64,000 nucleotides of DNA from Candidatus Sysuimicrobium calidum (GTDB lineage: Bacteria > Sysuimicrobiota > Sysuimicrobiia > Sysuimicrobiales > Sysuimicrobiaceae): assembly GCA_031459935.1 (NCBI GenBank), contig JAVKHN010000004.1, forward strand, positions 14,041-78,040, written 5' to 3'. Within the stretch, counting starts at the first letter, position 1, and each line of letters opens with the position of its first letter. Both the position numbers and the translations under genes were made by a program. The notes under the pieces were generated by a model that saw nothing but the letters and a program-made list of their open reading frames with translations, was not told where the DNA came from and did no database searches. Below, one piece after another: positions 9,488-18,345 of this stretch.

Positions 9488-10927
9488 ATGATGGGAAAGA
9501 CGGTACAGGACGTGCTGAGGCTAGTCAAAGAGAAGAACATCCAGATGGTGGATCTCCGGTTCACGGATGTGCCCGGGGTCTGGCAGCACGCCACGATTCC
9601 CGCCTCGACCCTGGACGAGTCCACCTTCAAGAAGGGGATCGGGTTCGATGGCAGCAGCATCCGCGGCTTCCAGGCCATCCAGGAGAGCGACATGCTGCTC
9701 CTGCCGGATCCCTCCACCGCCTTCGTGGACCCCTTCCTGGAGATTCCGACCCTGGTGATGATCTGCGACGTGGTGGATCCTGAGACCCGCGCTCCCTATA
9801 GCCGGGACCCCCGGTACGTAGCCCGGAAGGCGGAGGCCTACCTCAAGGAAACGGGGATCGCAGACCTCAGCTACTGGGGGCCGGAGATCGAGTTCTTCAT
9901 CTTCGATCATGTGACCTACGAGGTGCTGCCGCACCGCATGGGCTACTGCATCGACAGCCGGGAGGGCATCTGGAACACGGGGAACGACAACGGGAAGAAT
10001 CTCGGCTACAAGATCCGGCCGAAGGAGGGGTACTTCCCCACCCCGCCCAGCGACACCTTCCAGGACATCCGCAGCGAGGCGGCCATGATCCTGGAGCAGA
10101 TCGGCATCCCCGTGGAGATGCATCACCACGAGGTGGCCACCGCGGGCCAGGCGGAGGTGGACATGGAGCGGGACACCCTGGTCCGGATGGCGGACAAGGT
10201 GATGGTCTACAAGTACGTGATGCGCAACGTGGCCCGCCGGCACGGCTGCACCGTCACTTTCATGCCGAAGCCCCTGTTTGGGGACAACGGAAGCGGGATG
10301 CACACCCACCAGAGCTTGTGGAAGGACGGCCGCAACCTCTTCTACGCGGAGGGGAAGTACGGGGAGCTGAGCGATCTGGCCCTCCACTACATTGCGGGTC
10401 TGTTGACCCACGTGGATGCGGTGCTGGCCTTCACGAGCCCCACCACGAACTCCTACAAGCGCCTGGTGCCCCACTACGAGGCTCCTGTGAACGTGGCCTT
10501 CAGCAAGCGAAACCGCAGCGCCTGCGTGCGCATCCCCATGTACTACACGGGACCTGAGGCCGCGGCCAGCAAGCGCATCGAGTTCCGACCCCCCGACCCC
10601 AGCTGCAATCCCTACCTGGCGTTCGCGGCCATGCTCATGGCCGGGCTCGATGGGATCCGGCGCAAGCTGGACGCCTCCCCCTTCGGCCCCCTGGACGTGA
10701 ACACCTACGAGCTCCCGCCGGAGGAGGCGGCCCGGGTGAAGAGCGTGCCCGGCTCGCTGGGGGAGGTCCTCAGTGCCCTGGAGGCGGACCACGAGTTCCT
10801 CCTGGAAGGGGACGTGTTCACGCGGGACCTCATCGAGACCTGGATCGGTTACAAGCGGGAGAAGGAGCTACATGAGGTGAGCATCCGGCCGCATCCCTAC
10901 GAGTTCTACCTGTACTTCGACGTGTAA
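9488..10927 (+). CDS. glnA: Type I glutamine synthetase
   Basis: FDGSSI, HHEVA, TFMPKPLFGDNGSGMHTH, NSYKRLVP, RIEFR; adenylylation-type Tyr in NTYELP. Confidence 0.97.
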   Translation: MMGKTVQDVLRLVKEKNIQMVDLRFTDVPGVWQHATIPASTLDESTFKKGIGFDGSSIRGFQAIQESDMLLLPDPSTAFVDPFLEIPTLVMICDVVDPETRAPYSRDPRYVARKAEAYLKETGIADLSYWGPEIEFFIFDHVTYEVLPHRMGYCIDSREGIWNTGNDNGKNLGYKIRPKEGYFPTPPSDTFQDIRSEAAMILEQIGIPVEMHHHEVATAGQAEVDMERDTLVRMADKVMVYKYVMRNVARRHGCTVTFMPKPLFGDNGSGMHTHQSLWKDGRNLFYAEGKYGELSDLALHYIAGLLTHVDAVLAFTSPTTNSYKRLVPHYEAPVNVAFSKRNRSACVRIPMYYTGPEAAASKRIEFRPPDPSCNPYLAFAAMLMAGLDGIRRKLDASPFGPLDVNTYELPPEEAARVKSVPGSLGEVLSALEADHEFLLEGDVFTRDLIETWIGYKREKELHEVSIRPHPYEFYLYFDV

Positions 10928-10946
10928 CCGCGACGTCCGCGCACAC

Positions 10947-10990
10947 GGGCCAGGACGCCCCCGGTAGGCAACCGGGGGCGTTTTCCTTTC
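10947..10990 (+). terminator. Terminator after glnA overlapped by putative ANTAR hairpin 2
   Basis: GGGC-CAGGAC-GCCC overlapping GACGCCCCCGGT/ACCGGGGGCGTT stem followed by TTCCTTTC. Confidence 0.75.
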
Positions 10991-11001
10991 AGGAGGTGCG
11001 T

Positions 11002-11565
11002 ATGCGGATCCTCATTGCGGACGATGAGCCCCTCATCCGGATGGGCGTGCGCCGGATCCTGGAGGAAGCCGGGCACGAGGTGGTGGGGGAGGTGGCCTCG
11101 GGACGGGAGGCCCTGGAGTTGGTGGACCGGCTGCAGCCCGATCTCCTCGTGCTGGACATCCGCATGGAGCCCACGGACGGGATCGAGGTGGCCCGGCGGG
11201 TGACGGGGAGGGTGCCCGTGGTCTTCCTCACCGCCTACGGCGATCGGGAGCTCCTGGAGGCGGCCCGGGAGGTGGGCGCGTACGCGTACATCACCAAGCC
11301 TTTGGTACCTTCGGAGCTGCTGGCGGCGGTGACGCTCAGCCATCAACGGTTCCGGGAGGTTCAGAGGGCCCGGGAGGCCCTGGAGGCCCGGAAGGTCATC
11401 GAGCGGGCGAAGGGGATTCTGATGAAGCGGCTGGGCCTGGACGAGGAGGAGGCGTACCGCCTCCTTCAGCGGCGGGCCCGCAACCAGCGGAAGACCATGC
11501 GGGAGGTGGCCCAGGCCATCCTGGATTCCGATGCCCTGATCTCCCACCGACGTCCGCCCCGGTGA
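11002..11565 (+). CDS. REC-ANTAR response regulator (PdtaR/EutV/AmiR-like)
   Basis: IADDE, LDIRM, TKP receiver motifs; RKVIERAKGILM...EEEAYRLLQRRA ANTAR domain. Confidence 0.95.
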   Translation: MRILIADDEPLIRMGVRRILEEAGHEVVGEVASGREALELVDRLQPDLLVLDIRMEPTDGIEVARRVTGRVPVVFLTAYGDRELLEAAREVGAYAYITKPLVPSELLAAVTLSHQRFREVQRAREALEARKVIERAKGILMKRLGLDEEEAYRLLQRRARNQRKTMREVAQAILDSDALISHRRPPR

Positions 11566-11638
11566 CCGTATCCGGCTTCCACGGACCCCCGGGGTCGCGG
11601 CAGGGAGGGACCCGGGAGGGGGAGAAACTAACCCCCGG

Positions 11639-12925
11639 ATGGCGTGGCTGGAGGAAGCCCTCGTCGTCCTCCTGCTGCTTTTGGCCAATGCGGCCTTCGC
11701 CGCGGTGGAGACGGCGGTGATCACGGCCCGGGCCGCCCGGTTGGAACGCCTGCGGAGGGCGGGGGAGCGGAAGGCGGAAGCGGCTCTGTACCTGGTTCGT
11801 CACCGGGATCGGTTCCTGGCCGCGGTCCAGATCGGGATCACCCTGGTGGGGACTCTGGCCTCCGCGTATTCGGGCGCCCGCATCGCCCAGCCCCTCGCGG
11901 CAGGACTCCGGAGCTGGCCCTTCCTCGCCCCCTACGCGGATCCCCTGGCCCTGGGCCTCGTGGTGGTGTTCCTGACGTTTCTCTTCCTCGTGGTGGGGGA
12001 GCTCGCGCCCAAGCGCGTGAGCCTGGCGCGGGCGGAGGAGGTGGCGGTAGCCCTCGCCCCCGCCATGCGGGGCTTCACGCGCCTCGTGGCGCCCGCGGTG
12101 GGGCTGCTGACCGCGGCCACGAACGCGGTGCTGTGGCTGGTGGGGCAGGGCCGGGAGCCGGCCCAGCGCATGACCCTGGAGGACTTCAGTACGCTCGTGG
12201 AGGAGAGCGCTCGGACGGGGCTGCTGCGGGAGACCACGGCCAAAGTGCTGTCGGACGTGGTGCGCGTGGCGAACCGGCGCGTAGAGGAGATCATGACCCC
12301 GCGCACGGAGCTGGTGGGCCTCCCCGTGCGCGCCACCTGGCAGGAGGTACTCCACACCGTCCGCGGCTCCACCTACTCCCGCTTTCCCATCTACGAGGGG
12401 GATCTCGATCACATCGTGGGAGTGCTGTACGCCCGGGACCTCGTGGGGTGCTCGGAGGCGGAGGACTGGCAGAGGCTGGTCCGGAGCGTGCCGAGCCTCC
12501 CGGGGACCGTGCGGGTCCTGGAAGCCCTCCGGGTGCTCCAGGAGCACCGGGCCCACGCGGCCGTGGTGCTCGACGAGTACGGGGGGACCGCGGGCTGGGT
12601 CACCCTGGAGGACATCCTGGAGGAGATCGTGGGAGAGATCCCCTCCGAGTACGGCGCGGAGGAGCCGGAGATCGTGGTGCGGGAGGACGGATCCCTGCTG
12701 GTGGACGGCCTCACCCCCCTTTACCAGCTCCTGTCCCGTCTGGGCCTGGAGGAGGAAGCCGTGGACACCGGGGAGGCCACCACCGTGGCCGGGCTCGTGC
12801 TCCACCTCACCGGCCGCATCCCCTCCGTAGGGGAGAAGGTGAGGTTCGGGGGATACGAGATCGAGGTGGTGGACCTGGACGGCCGGCGCATCGACAAGCT
12901 GCTGGTGCGTCCGAGAACCTCCTAA
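11639..12925 (+). CDS. Hemolysin/CNNM (DUF21-CBS-CorC) family protein
   Basis: NAAFAAVETA, QIGIT, GELAPK, YSRFPIY, DEYGG...TLEDILEEIVGEI. Confidence 0.93.
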   Translation: MAWLEEALVVLLLLLANAAFAAVETAVITARAARLERLRRAGERKAEAALYLVRHRDRFLAAVQIGITLVGTLASAYSGARIAQPLAAGLRSWPFLAPYADPLALGLVVVFLTFLFLVVGELAPKRVSLARAEEVAVALAPAMRGFTRLVAPAVGLLTAATNAVLWLVGQGREPAQRMTLEDFSTLVEESARTGLLRETTAKVLSDVVRVANRRVEEIMTPRTELVGLPVRATWQEVLHTVRGSTYSRFPIYEGDLDHIVGVLYARDLVGCSEAEDWQRLVRSVPSLPGTVRVLEALRVLQEHRAHAAVVLDEYGGTAGWVTLEDILEEIVGEIPSEYGAEEPEIVVREDGSLLVDGLTPLYQLLSRLGLEEEAVDTGEATTVAGLVLHLTGRIPSVGEKVRFGGYEIEVVDLDGRRIDKLLVRPRTS

Positions 12926-15663
12926 CGCCGCAGCCGGCGGCTGAGCTCCCGCAGGAGACGGCCCACGGCATTCATCTCCCGTTGGTATCCCCCGAGATCC
13001 CCCGACCGCAGCAGCCGCTGCGCCCGCTCGTAGTGCTCCAGCGCCTGTCCGACCAGCTCCGCGGAGCGGGCGTCCAGATCCTCGGTGGATCCTACCGGAG
13101 CGCCCTCCGCGGCAGAGGGGACGCCAAAGACCCGGCTCAGGGCCGCCTCCAGGGTCTCCTCCATGGCGATGCGGGACCCGTGGGCCACGATCACCCGCTT
13201 GAGCTCGGGAAGTTGGCTCGTCTCCGCCCGCAGGAAGATGGGCTCCACGTACAGGAGGGAGTTCTCGAGGGGAACCACCAGCAGGTTCCCGCGGATCACC
13301 CGGGAGCCCTGCTGGTTCCACAGGGTGAGCTGAGCGCTGATCTGGGGGTCCTGGTTGATCCGGGATTCTATCTGCATGGGCCCGAACACCACCCGCTCCT
13401 TGGGGAAGAGAAACACCCGTACCTCCCCCAGGTAGGGAGGGTCATTGCGGGCCGCAAGCCAGGCGACCATGTTCTCCCGGCGCTGGGCGGTCATGGGGAG
13501 GATGAGGACGAACTCCGGCCGGGGCTCTTCTGGCAATCGCAGGGTCACATAGTACGGCTCCATGCGCTGCTGCTGTCCCGCGAAGATCTCCGTGGGCCAG
13601 GACCACGCATCTTCCCGGTTGTAGAACACCCGGGGGTCCCGCATGTGGTAGGTGGCGTACACCTGAGCCTGCAGCTCGAAGAGGTCCACGGGATACCGGA
13701 GGTGCCCCCGCAACTCCGGAGGGATGCGGTCTGCGGGCTGAAACAGCCCCGGAAAGATGCGGGCCCAGGTACGGATGAGGGGATCTGAGGGATCCACCAC
13801 GTAGAAGTCCGTGGTGCCATGGTAGGCGTCCACCACCACCTTCACCGCGTTGCGGATGTAGTTGATGCCTTCCAGGGGCTGCGCGTACGGGTATCGGTTG
13901 CTTGTGGTGTAGGCATCCAGGATCCAGAACAGGCGGCCCCGGGCGATCACGATGTAGGGATCCGCGTCGTACCGCAGAAACGGCGCGAGCCGCCGCGCCC
14001 GTTCCCCCACCGTGCGGGCAAAGAGCACCCGGCTCTCTTGGGTGATGTCCGTGGAGAGGAGGATGCGCAGATTTCTGAACCGGGTGGCGAAGGCCAGCCG
14101 CCGGAGGGGGGAGGAGAGGGGAATCCCGCCCCGGCCCTCGTACCGGGTGGTGACGTTCTCCTCCCCGCGGGGGTAGTCGAACTCCGGGACCCGGGTACGC
14201 ACGATCACGTAGTGTTGGGTGAGCTCCCCGAAGTAGATCTCGGGCCGGGTGATCCGGAGCTCCGCAAACCGCGTCTGCGGCGGCAGGTCCCGGATCCACA
14301 GCTCCGGCAGCCCCTCCGCGGAGGCTTGGTTCACTGGACTTGCCACCACCCCGTATCCGTGGGTGTAGACCAGGTGCTCGTTCACCCAGGTGCGGGCCTG
14401 TGGCGGAAGCCGGGATAGGTCCAGCTCCCGGGCCGCCAGCATGAGCTGGCGCGACCGGTCCCCGATGCGGTAGCGGTCGATGTCCACGTCGTGGAAGGTG
14501 TAGTAGGCCCGTAGGGCCTGCAGCTGCCGGTAGGTTTCCAACAGCGGCCGGTAATCCCAAAGCCGCACGTTCTCCAGAGTATCCCGGTTCCGCCGGAGGG
14601 CTTCCGGGGGGAGCTGTTCTCTGGCGACGAACTCCCGCTCCCGCACCCTCTCTAGCCCGAAGGCAGCCCGGGTGGCCCGGATGTGGTGGTCGAGGTAAGG
14701 GGTCTCCCGACTGAGCTCGCTGGGGGCCACCACCAGCTGCTGCACGAGCCCGGGCAGCAGCCCCACGCCCACAGACCACGCCAGGAGCTGGGCCGCCACC
14801 ACGCCCGTGGCGAACCGCACCGTGCGCAACCACAGGTTCGCAAACAGAAGTCCCGCGGCCACCAGGGAGAGGAAGAAGAGGGTGTTGAGGGCGGGAAGGC
14901 GGGCGTGCAGGTCCGCATACGTCATCCCGAAGAACAGCCCCCGCTGGGAGGTCAATAGCTCCAGGGCGTCGAGTCGGAAGCCCGCGGCCCGTACCAGGAA
15001 CAGCGACGCCAGGAGCACGGAGAGGTGGGCCCGGGCCCCGGGCGGGAGAGCCCGGACACCGCGGACCGCCAGGGTCGCGGTGTCCAGCAGATAGCCGACG
15101 GTCACCCCCACGAAGGCGAACAGCAACCACCCCCACGCTAGGTCCACCAGGAACCGCCAGAAGGGCAGCCGCAGCAGGTAGGTGGAGAGGTCGAGCCCGA
15201 AGACGGGATCTCGGGTGCCCGCGGGCTGGGCGTGCAGGAACTGCTGAAAGCTCGCCCACTGCTCCGTACTCGCCAGGGCCGCGAGGAGCGCGATCCCCGC
15301 ACAGGCGGCGAGAGCGATGCGGCGGGGCCACGGGGAGGGTGCCCGGGGGCGAAAGGATCCGCCGTCCCGGTACAGCTCGATGACCTCCGTGCGGGTCCAC
15401 CGGCGCAAGAAGGGTCGCGCGTTGAGAGAGAGGAGTACGAAGACGAAGGCGAAGACGAACCCTCCCACCAGGAGTCTGGACAGGAAGGGGGTCCAGAACA
15501 CCCAGGGATATCCGAGCTCCACGAACCACAGCCACTCCGTATACCAGTAGGCCAGGGCCGGCCAGAGTGCGAGCGAGAGCACGAGCAGGAGCGCGAACAG
15601 CAACCGCAGGGGAATTCTCACCGCGCCTTCTCCCACTCCTGGAGGGGACGTCTGCGGATCCAC
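12922..15663 (-). CDS. UPF0182 family membrane protein
   Basis: DPVFGLD, NVRLWD, HLVYTHGYG, PEIYFGE, DAYTTS, NYIRN, RGNLL. Confidence 0.93.
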   Translation of the reverse strand: MDPQTSPPGVGEGAVRIPLRLLFALLLVLSLALWPALAYWYTEWLWFVELGYPWVFWTPFLSRLLVGGFVFAFVFVLLSLNARPFLRRWTRTEVIELYRDGGSFRPRAPSPWPRRIALAACAGIALLAALASTEQWASFQQFLHAQPAGTRDPVFGLDLSTYLLRLPFWRFLVDLAWGWLLFAFVGVTVGYLLDTATLAVRGVRALPPGARAHLSVLLASLFLVRAAGFRLDALELLTSQRGLFFGMTYADLHARLPALNTLFFLSLVAAGLLFANLWLRTVRFATGVVAAQLLAWSVGVGLLPGLVQQLVVAPSELSRETPYLDHHIRATRAAFGLERVREREFVAREQLPPEALRRNRDTLENVRLWDYRPLLETYRQLQALRAYYTFHDVDIDRYRIGDRSRQLMLAARELDLSRLPPQARTWVNEHLVYTHGYGVVASPVNQASAEGLPELWIRDLPPQTRFAELRITRPEIYFGELTQHYVIVRTRVPEFDYPRGEENVTTRYEGRGGIPLSSPLRRLAFATRFRNLRILLSTDITQESRVLFARTVGERARRLAPFLRYDADPYIVIARGRLFWILDAYTTSNRYPYAQPLEGINYIRNAVKVVVDAYHGTTDFYVVDPSDPLIRTWARIFPGLFQPADRIPPELRGHLRYPVDLFELQAQVYATYHMRDPRVFYNREDAWSWPTEIFAGQQQRMEPYYVTLRLPEEPRPEFVLILPMTAQRRENMVAWLAARNDPPYLGEVRVFLFPKERVVFGPMQIESRINQDPQISAQLTLWNQQGSRVIRGNLLVVPLENSLLYVEPIFLRAETSQLPELKRVIVAHGSRIAMEETLEAALSRVFGVPSAAEGAPVGSTEDLDARSAELVGQALEHYERAQRLLRSGDLGGYQREMNAVGRLLRELSRRLRR

Positions 15664-15935
15664 AGCCAGCTCAGGGCGAGGAGGAGGCCTGCGAGGGCGG
15701 CCATGCGGGGCAGGCGGAGCGGGAGGCGGGGAACCGGGTAGACGGTGATCCGCACCTCCGTCCCGCAGTGAGGGCAGGTGGGGAAGTAGTCGAGTCCGCC
15801 GGGCCGGTCGGAGGGCACCCCTTCCCGGATCCCGATCACGAACCGCACCGGGCCCCGACAGGCAGGACAGGTGAACTCCACATCGTGCGGGAGCGAAAGG
15901 GCCTGGGGCATGAACTTCTCCCTCACCGCCTCCAT
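15618..15935 (-). CDS. Hypothetical zinc-ribbon protein with C-terminal TM helix
   Basis: CPAC...CPHC pair and hydrophobic tail; overlaps the UPF0182 start; start codon uncertain. Confidence 0.55.
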   Translation of the reverse strand: MEAVREKFMPQALSLPHDVEFTCPACRGPVRFVIGIREGVPSDRPGGLDYFPTCPHCGTEVRITVYPVPRLPLRLPRMAALAGLLLALSWLWIRRRPLQEWEKAR

Positions 15936-16024
15936 CCTAACATCCCCGCCCAGAGGCCTGGTGGGTTCGTGTATGATGGGCGGGGGTAACTTACGCCCCG
16001 AGTCCCTGGGATGGGGAGCGTGCC

Positions 16025-16336
16025 ATGCCCACACGGGAGGAGATCATCGAGGTCCTCAGGACCTGCTATGACCCGGAGATCCCGGTGAACATCTGGGACC
16101 TGGGGCTCATCTACGACATCCAGCAGGAGAACGGCCGGATCGCCATCCGGATGACCCTCACAGCCCTGGGCTGCCCCATCGGGCCCATCCTGGCGGAGGA
16201 GATCCGCACGAAGCTGCTGGAGCTCCCCGGGGTGGAGGAGGTGGAGGTGGAGATCGTCTTCTCGCCGCCGTGGACGCCTGAACGCCTCACGGAGGAGGGG
16301 CGGCTCGTGCTGCAGAGCATGGGCTTTCCGGTGTAG
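16025..16336 (+). CDS. SufT/DUF59 (PaaD-like) metal-sulfur cluster assembly factor
   Basis: DPEIPVNIWDLGLIY, MTLTALGCP, PPWT. Confidence 0.92.
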   Translation: MPTREEIIEVLRTCYDPEIPVNIWDLGLIYDIQQENGRIAIRMTLTALGCPIGPILAEEIRTKLLELPGVEEVEVEIVFSPPWTPERLTEEGRLVLQSMGFPV

Positions 16337-16342
16337 GGTTGT

Positions 16343-16861
16343 ATGCCGGCGCGCGGCGGAAAACAGGTGGTTCGGAAGGCGGCTCCTCCTGCAGCGCGGA
16401 GGACCTTCGATCGGCTTTGGCCCTGGGTGTTCGGAGGGGTGGTGGTCCTGGGGGTGGCGGTGGTAGCTTACGGGCTCCGGTCCCGACCCAACTACCCTCG
16501 TGCCGGAGCCCACTGGCACGCGCCCTACACGGTGGAGGTCTGCGGGAACCGGCTTCCCCCCTTTCCTCCCAGCCCCGGCAACACCCACACCCACGGGGAC
16601 GGCGTGATCCACGTGCACCCGGAGACCAACGAGGAGGGCAGGCAGGCCACCTTACGTACCTTCCTCCTCTCCGTGGGAGTTCTCGTGGGACAGAACGCGT
16701 TCACCCTCCCGGGCGGCCGGACCTACCGGGACGGCGACCGGTGCCCGGACGGGAGACCGGGGCGGTGGTCCGTGTTCGTGAACGGCAGGCGGCTGGAGGG
16801 CTGGCAGGAGTACTATCCCCAGGACGGGGACCGGATCCGGTTCGTGTTCGGGTCGGAGTGA
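16343..16861 (+). CDS. Membrane-anchored hypothetical protein with His-rich motifs
   Basis: N-terminal TM, HWHA and HTHGDGVIHVH motifs; 6 nt after the sufT-like gene. Confidence 0.75.
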   Translation: MPARGGKQVVRKAAPPAARRTFDRLWPWVFGGVVVLGVAVVAYGLRSRPNYPRAGAHWHAPYTVEVCGNRLPPFPPSPGNTHTHGDGVIHVHPETNEEGRQATLRTFLLSVGVLVGQNAFTLPGGRTYRDGDRCPDGRPGRWSVFVNGRRLEGWQEYYPQDGDRIRFVFGSE

Positions 16862-18220
16862 CTAGAGAGCGGCCCCCGCCATCGCCTGGAGCACGGTCTC
16901 CAGCTGCGGGCTGAGGCGGACGGGGTAGCTCCCTCCGTCCAACCGGCGGAGCCCGTCGGGGAGCGTCTGGAAACGCTCGCGACACCGACGGCGGGCGTCC
17001 TCCAGGGTCTCGTGGTAGACCCGGCACCCCCTCCGCATCACCTCCACCAGGAGGGGCTCCCCACCTGCCGGTGGGGGCTCGTCCGAGAGAGCGATGACGT
17101 CCTCCCGCATCTGCCCCTCCCGGTACACCCGCCACACCTGCTTGCGGCCCGGGAGCGTCACCTTGCCCGTACTGCGCTTGATGCGGTATCCGGCGGTGTC
17201 CTCCACGAGCTTGTAAACCCCCCCCAGGGCCGGCGCGTCGTAGGAGACCCCCATCTCCGTCCCCACCCCGAAGGCGTCGATGGGAGCCCCCGCCTCCAGC
17301 AGGGCCGAGATTTTGTCCTCGTTGAGGTCGCCGCTCGCGAGGATCTGTACCTCCGGGAATCCGGCTTCATCCAGGATGGCCCGCACCTGCCGGCTGAGGC
17401 TCAGGAGGTCCCCGCTGTCGATCCGCACCCCCCGCAGCTGGTATCCCTGCTCCCGCAACTCCCGGGCCACCACCACCGCGTTGCGGGCCCCCTGGAGGGT
17501 ATCGTAGGTGTCGATGAGCAGGATGCACCGGTCCGGGAACTGGCGGGCGTAGGCGCGAAAGGCTTCCAGCTCGTCCTCGAAGGACATGACGTAGCTGTGG
17601 GCCATGGTCCCGTAGACGGGGATGCCGTAGAGCATGCCGGCCAGCACGTTGCTGGTACCCGCGCACCCCGCGAGGTAGCTGCTGCGGGCTACCTTCAGGG
17701 CCGCATCCGTGCCGTGGTCCCGGCGGGGCGAGAAGTCGATGACGGGGCGACCCCCGGCTGCCAGCACCACCCGGGCGGCCTTGGTGGCGATCAGGGACTG
17801 CAGGTTGATCTGGTTGAGGAGGAAGGTTTCCACGATCTGCCCCTCGATGCGGGGCGCGGTGATCTGCAGCACGGGCTCCGGTGGAAAGAAGATCTCGCCT
17901 TCAGGGATGGCCCGCACGTCCCCCGTGAACCGGAACTCCCGGAGGTACCGAAGAAAGTCCTCGTCGAACAGCCCAAGACCGCGCAGGTAGGCGATCCCCT
18001 CCTCCGGAAAGCGCAGCCGCTCCAGGTAGTCCAGTACGGTATCCAGTCCCGCGCTCACCAGAAACCCGCGGCGGGGCGGGAGGTTGCGCACGAAGAGATC
18101 GAAGGTGGCGGGCTCGTTGCGGCCCTCCCGGAAGTAGCTCTGCGCCATGGTGAGTTCATAGAGGTCCACCAGCAGCGCCATGTTCCGCTCGGTGACAAAC
18201 GCCATCGCCCTTTTCTCCAT
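16862..18220 (-). CDS. pncB: Nicotinate phosphoribosyltransferase
   Basis: DLYELTM, GTMAHS, LIDTYD, GVRIDSGDL, FGVGT, VYKLV. Confidence 0.95.
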   Translation of the reverse strand: MEKRAMAFVTERNMALLVDLYELTMAQSYFREGRNEPATFDLFVRNLPPRRGFLVSAGLDTVLDYLERLRFPEEGIAYLRGLGLFDEDFLRYLREFRFTGDVRAIPEGEIFFPPEPVLQITAPRIEGQIVETFLLNQINLQSLIATKAARVVLAAGGRPVIDFSPRRDHGTDAALKVARSSYLAGCAGTSNVLAGMLYGIPVYGTMAHSYVMSFEDELEAFRAYARQFPDRCILLIDTYDTLQGARNAVVVARELREQGYQLRGVRIDSGDLLSLSRQVRAILDEAGFPEVQILASGDLNEDKISALLEAGAPIDAFGVGTEMGVSYDAPALGGVYKLVEDTAGYRIKRSTGKVTLPGRKQVWRVYREGQMREDVIALSDEPPPAGGEPLLVEVMRRGCRVYHETLEDARRRCRERFQTLPDGLRRLDGGSYPVRLSPQLETVLQAMAGAAL

Positions 18221-18345
18221 TCCCCCTCTCCTTCCGCGGGCTTCCCTCCCACTAGAATACGTGCTCCCGCGGGAAAGCGGAGCCTCCCCGGCCGTACAGG
18301 ACAGGGGTACCCTAGAGGGGCATACAGCTCCTCGGAGGGGAAGCG

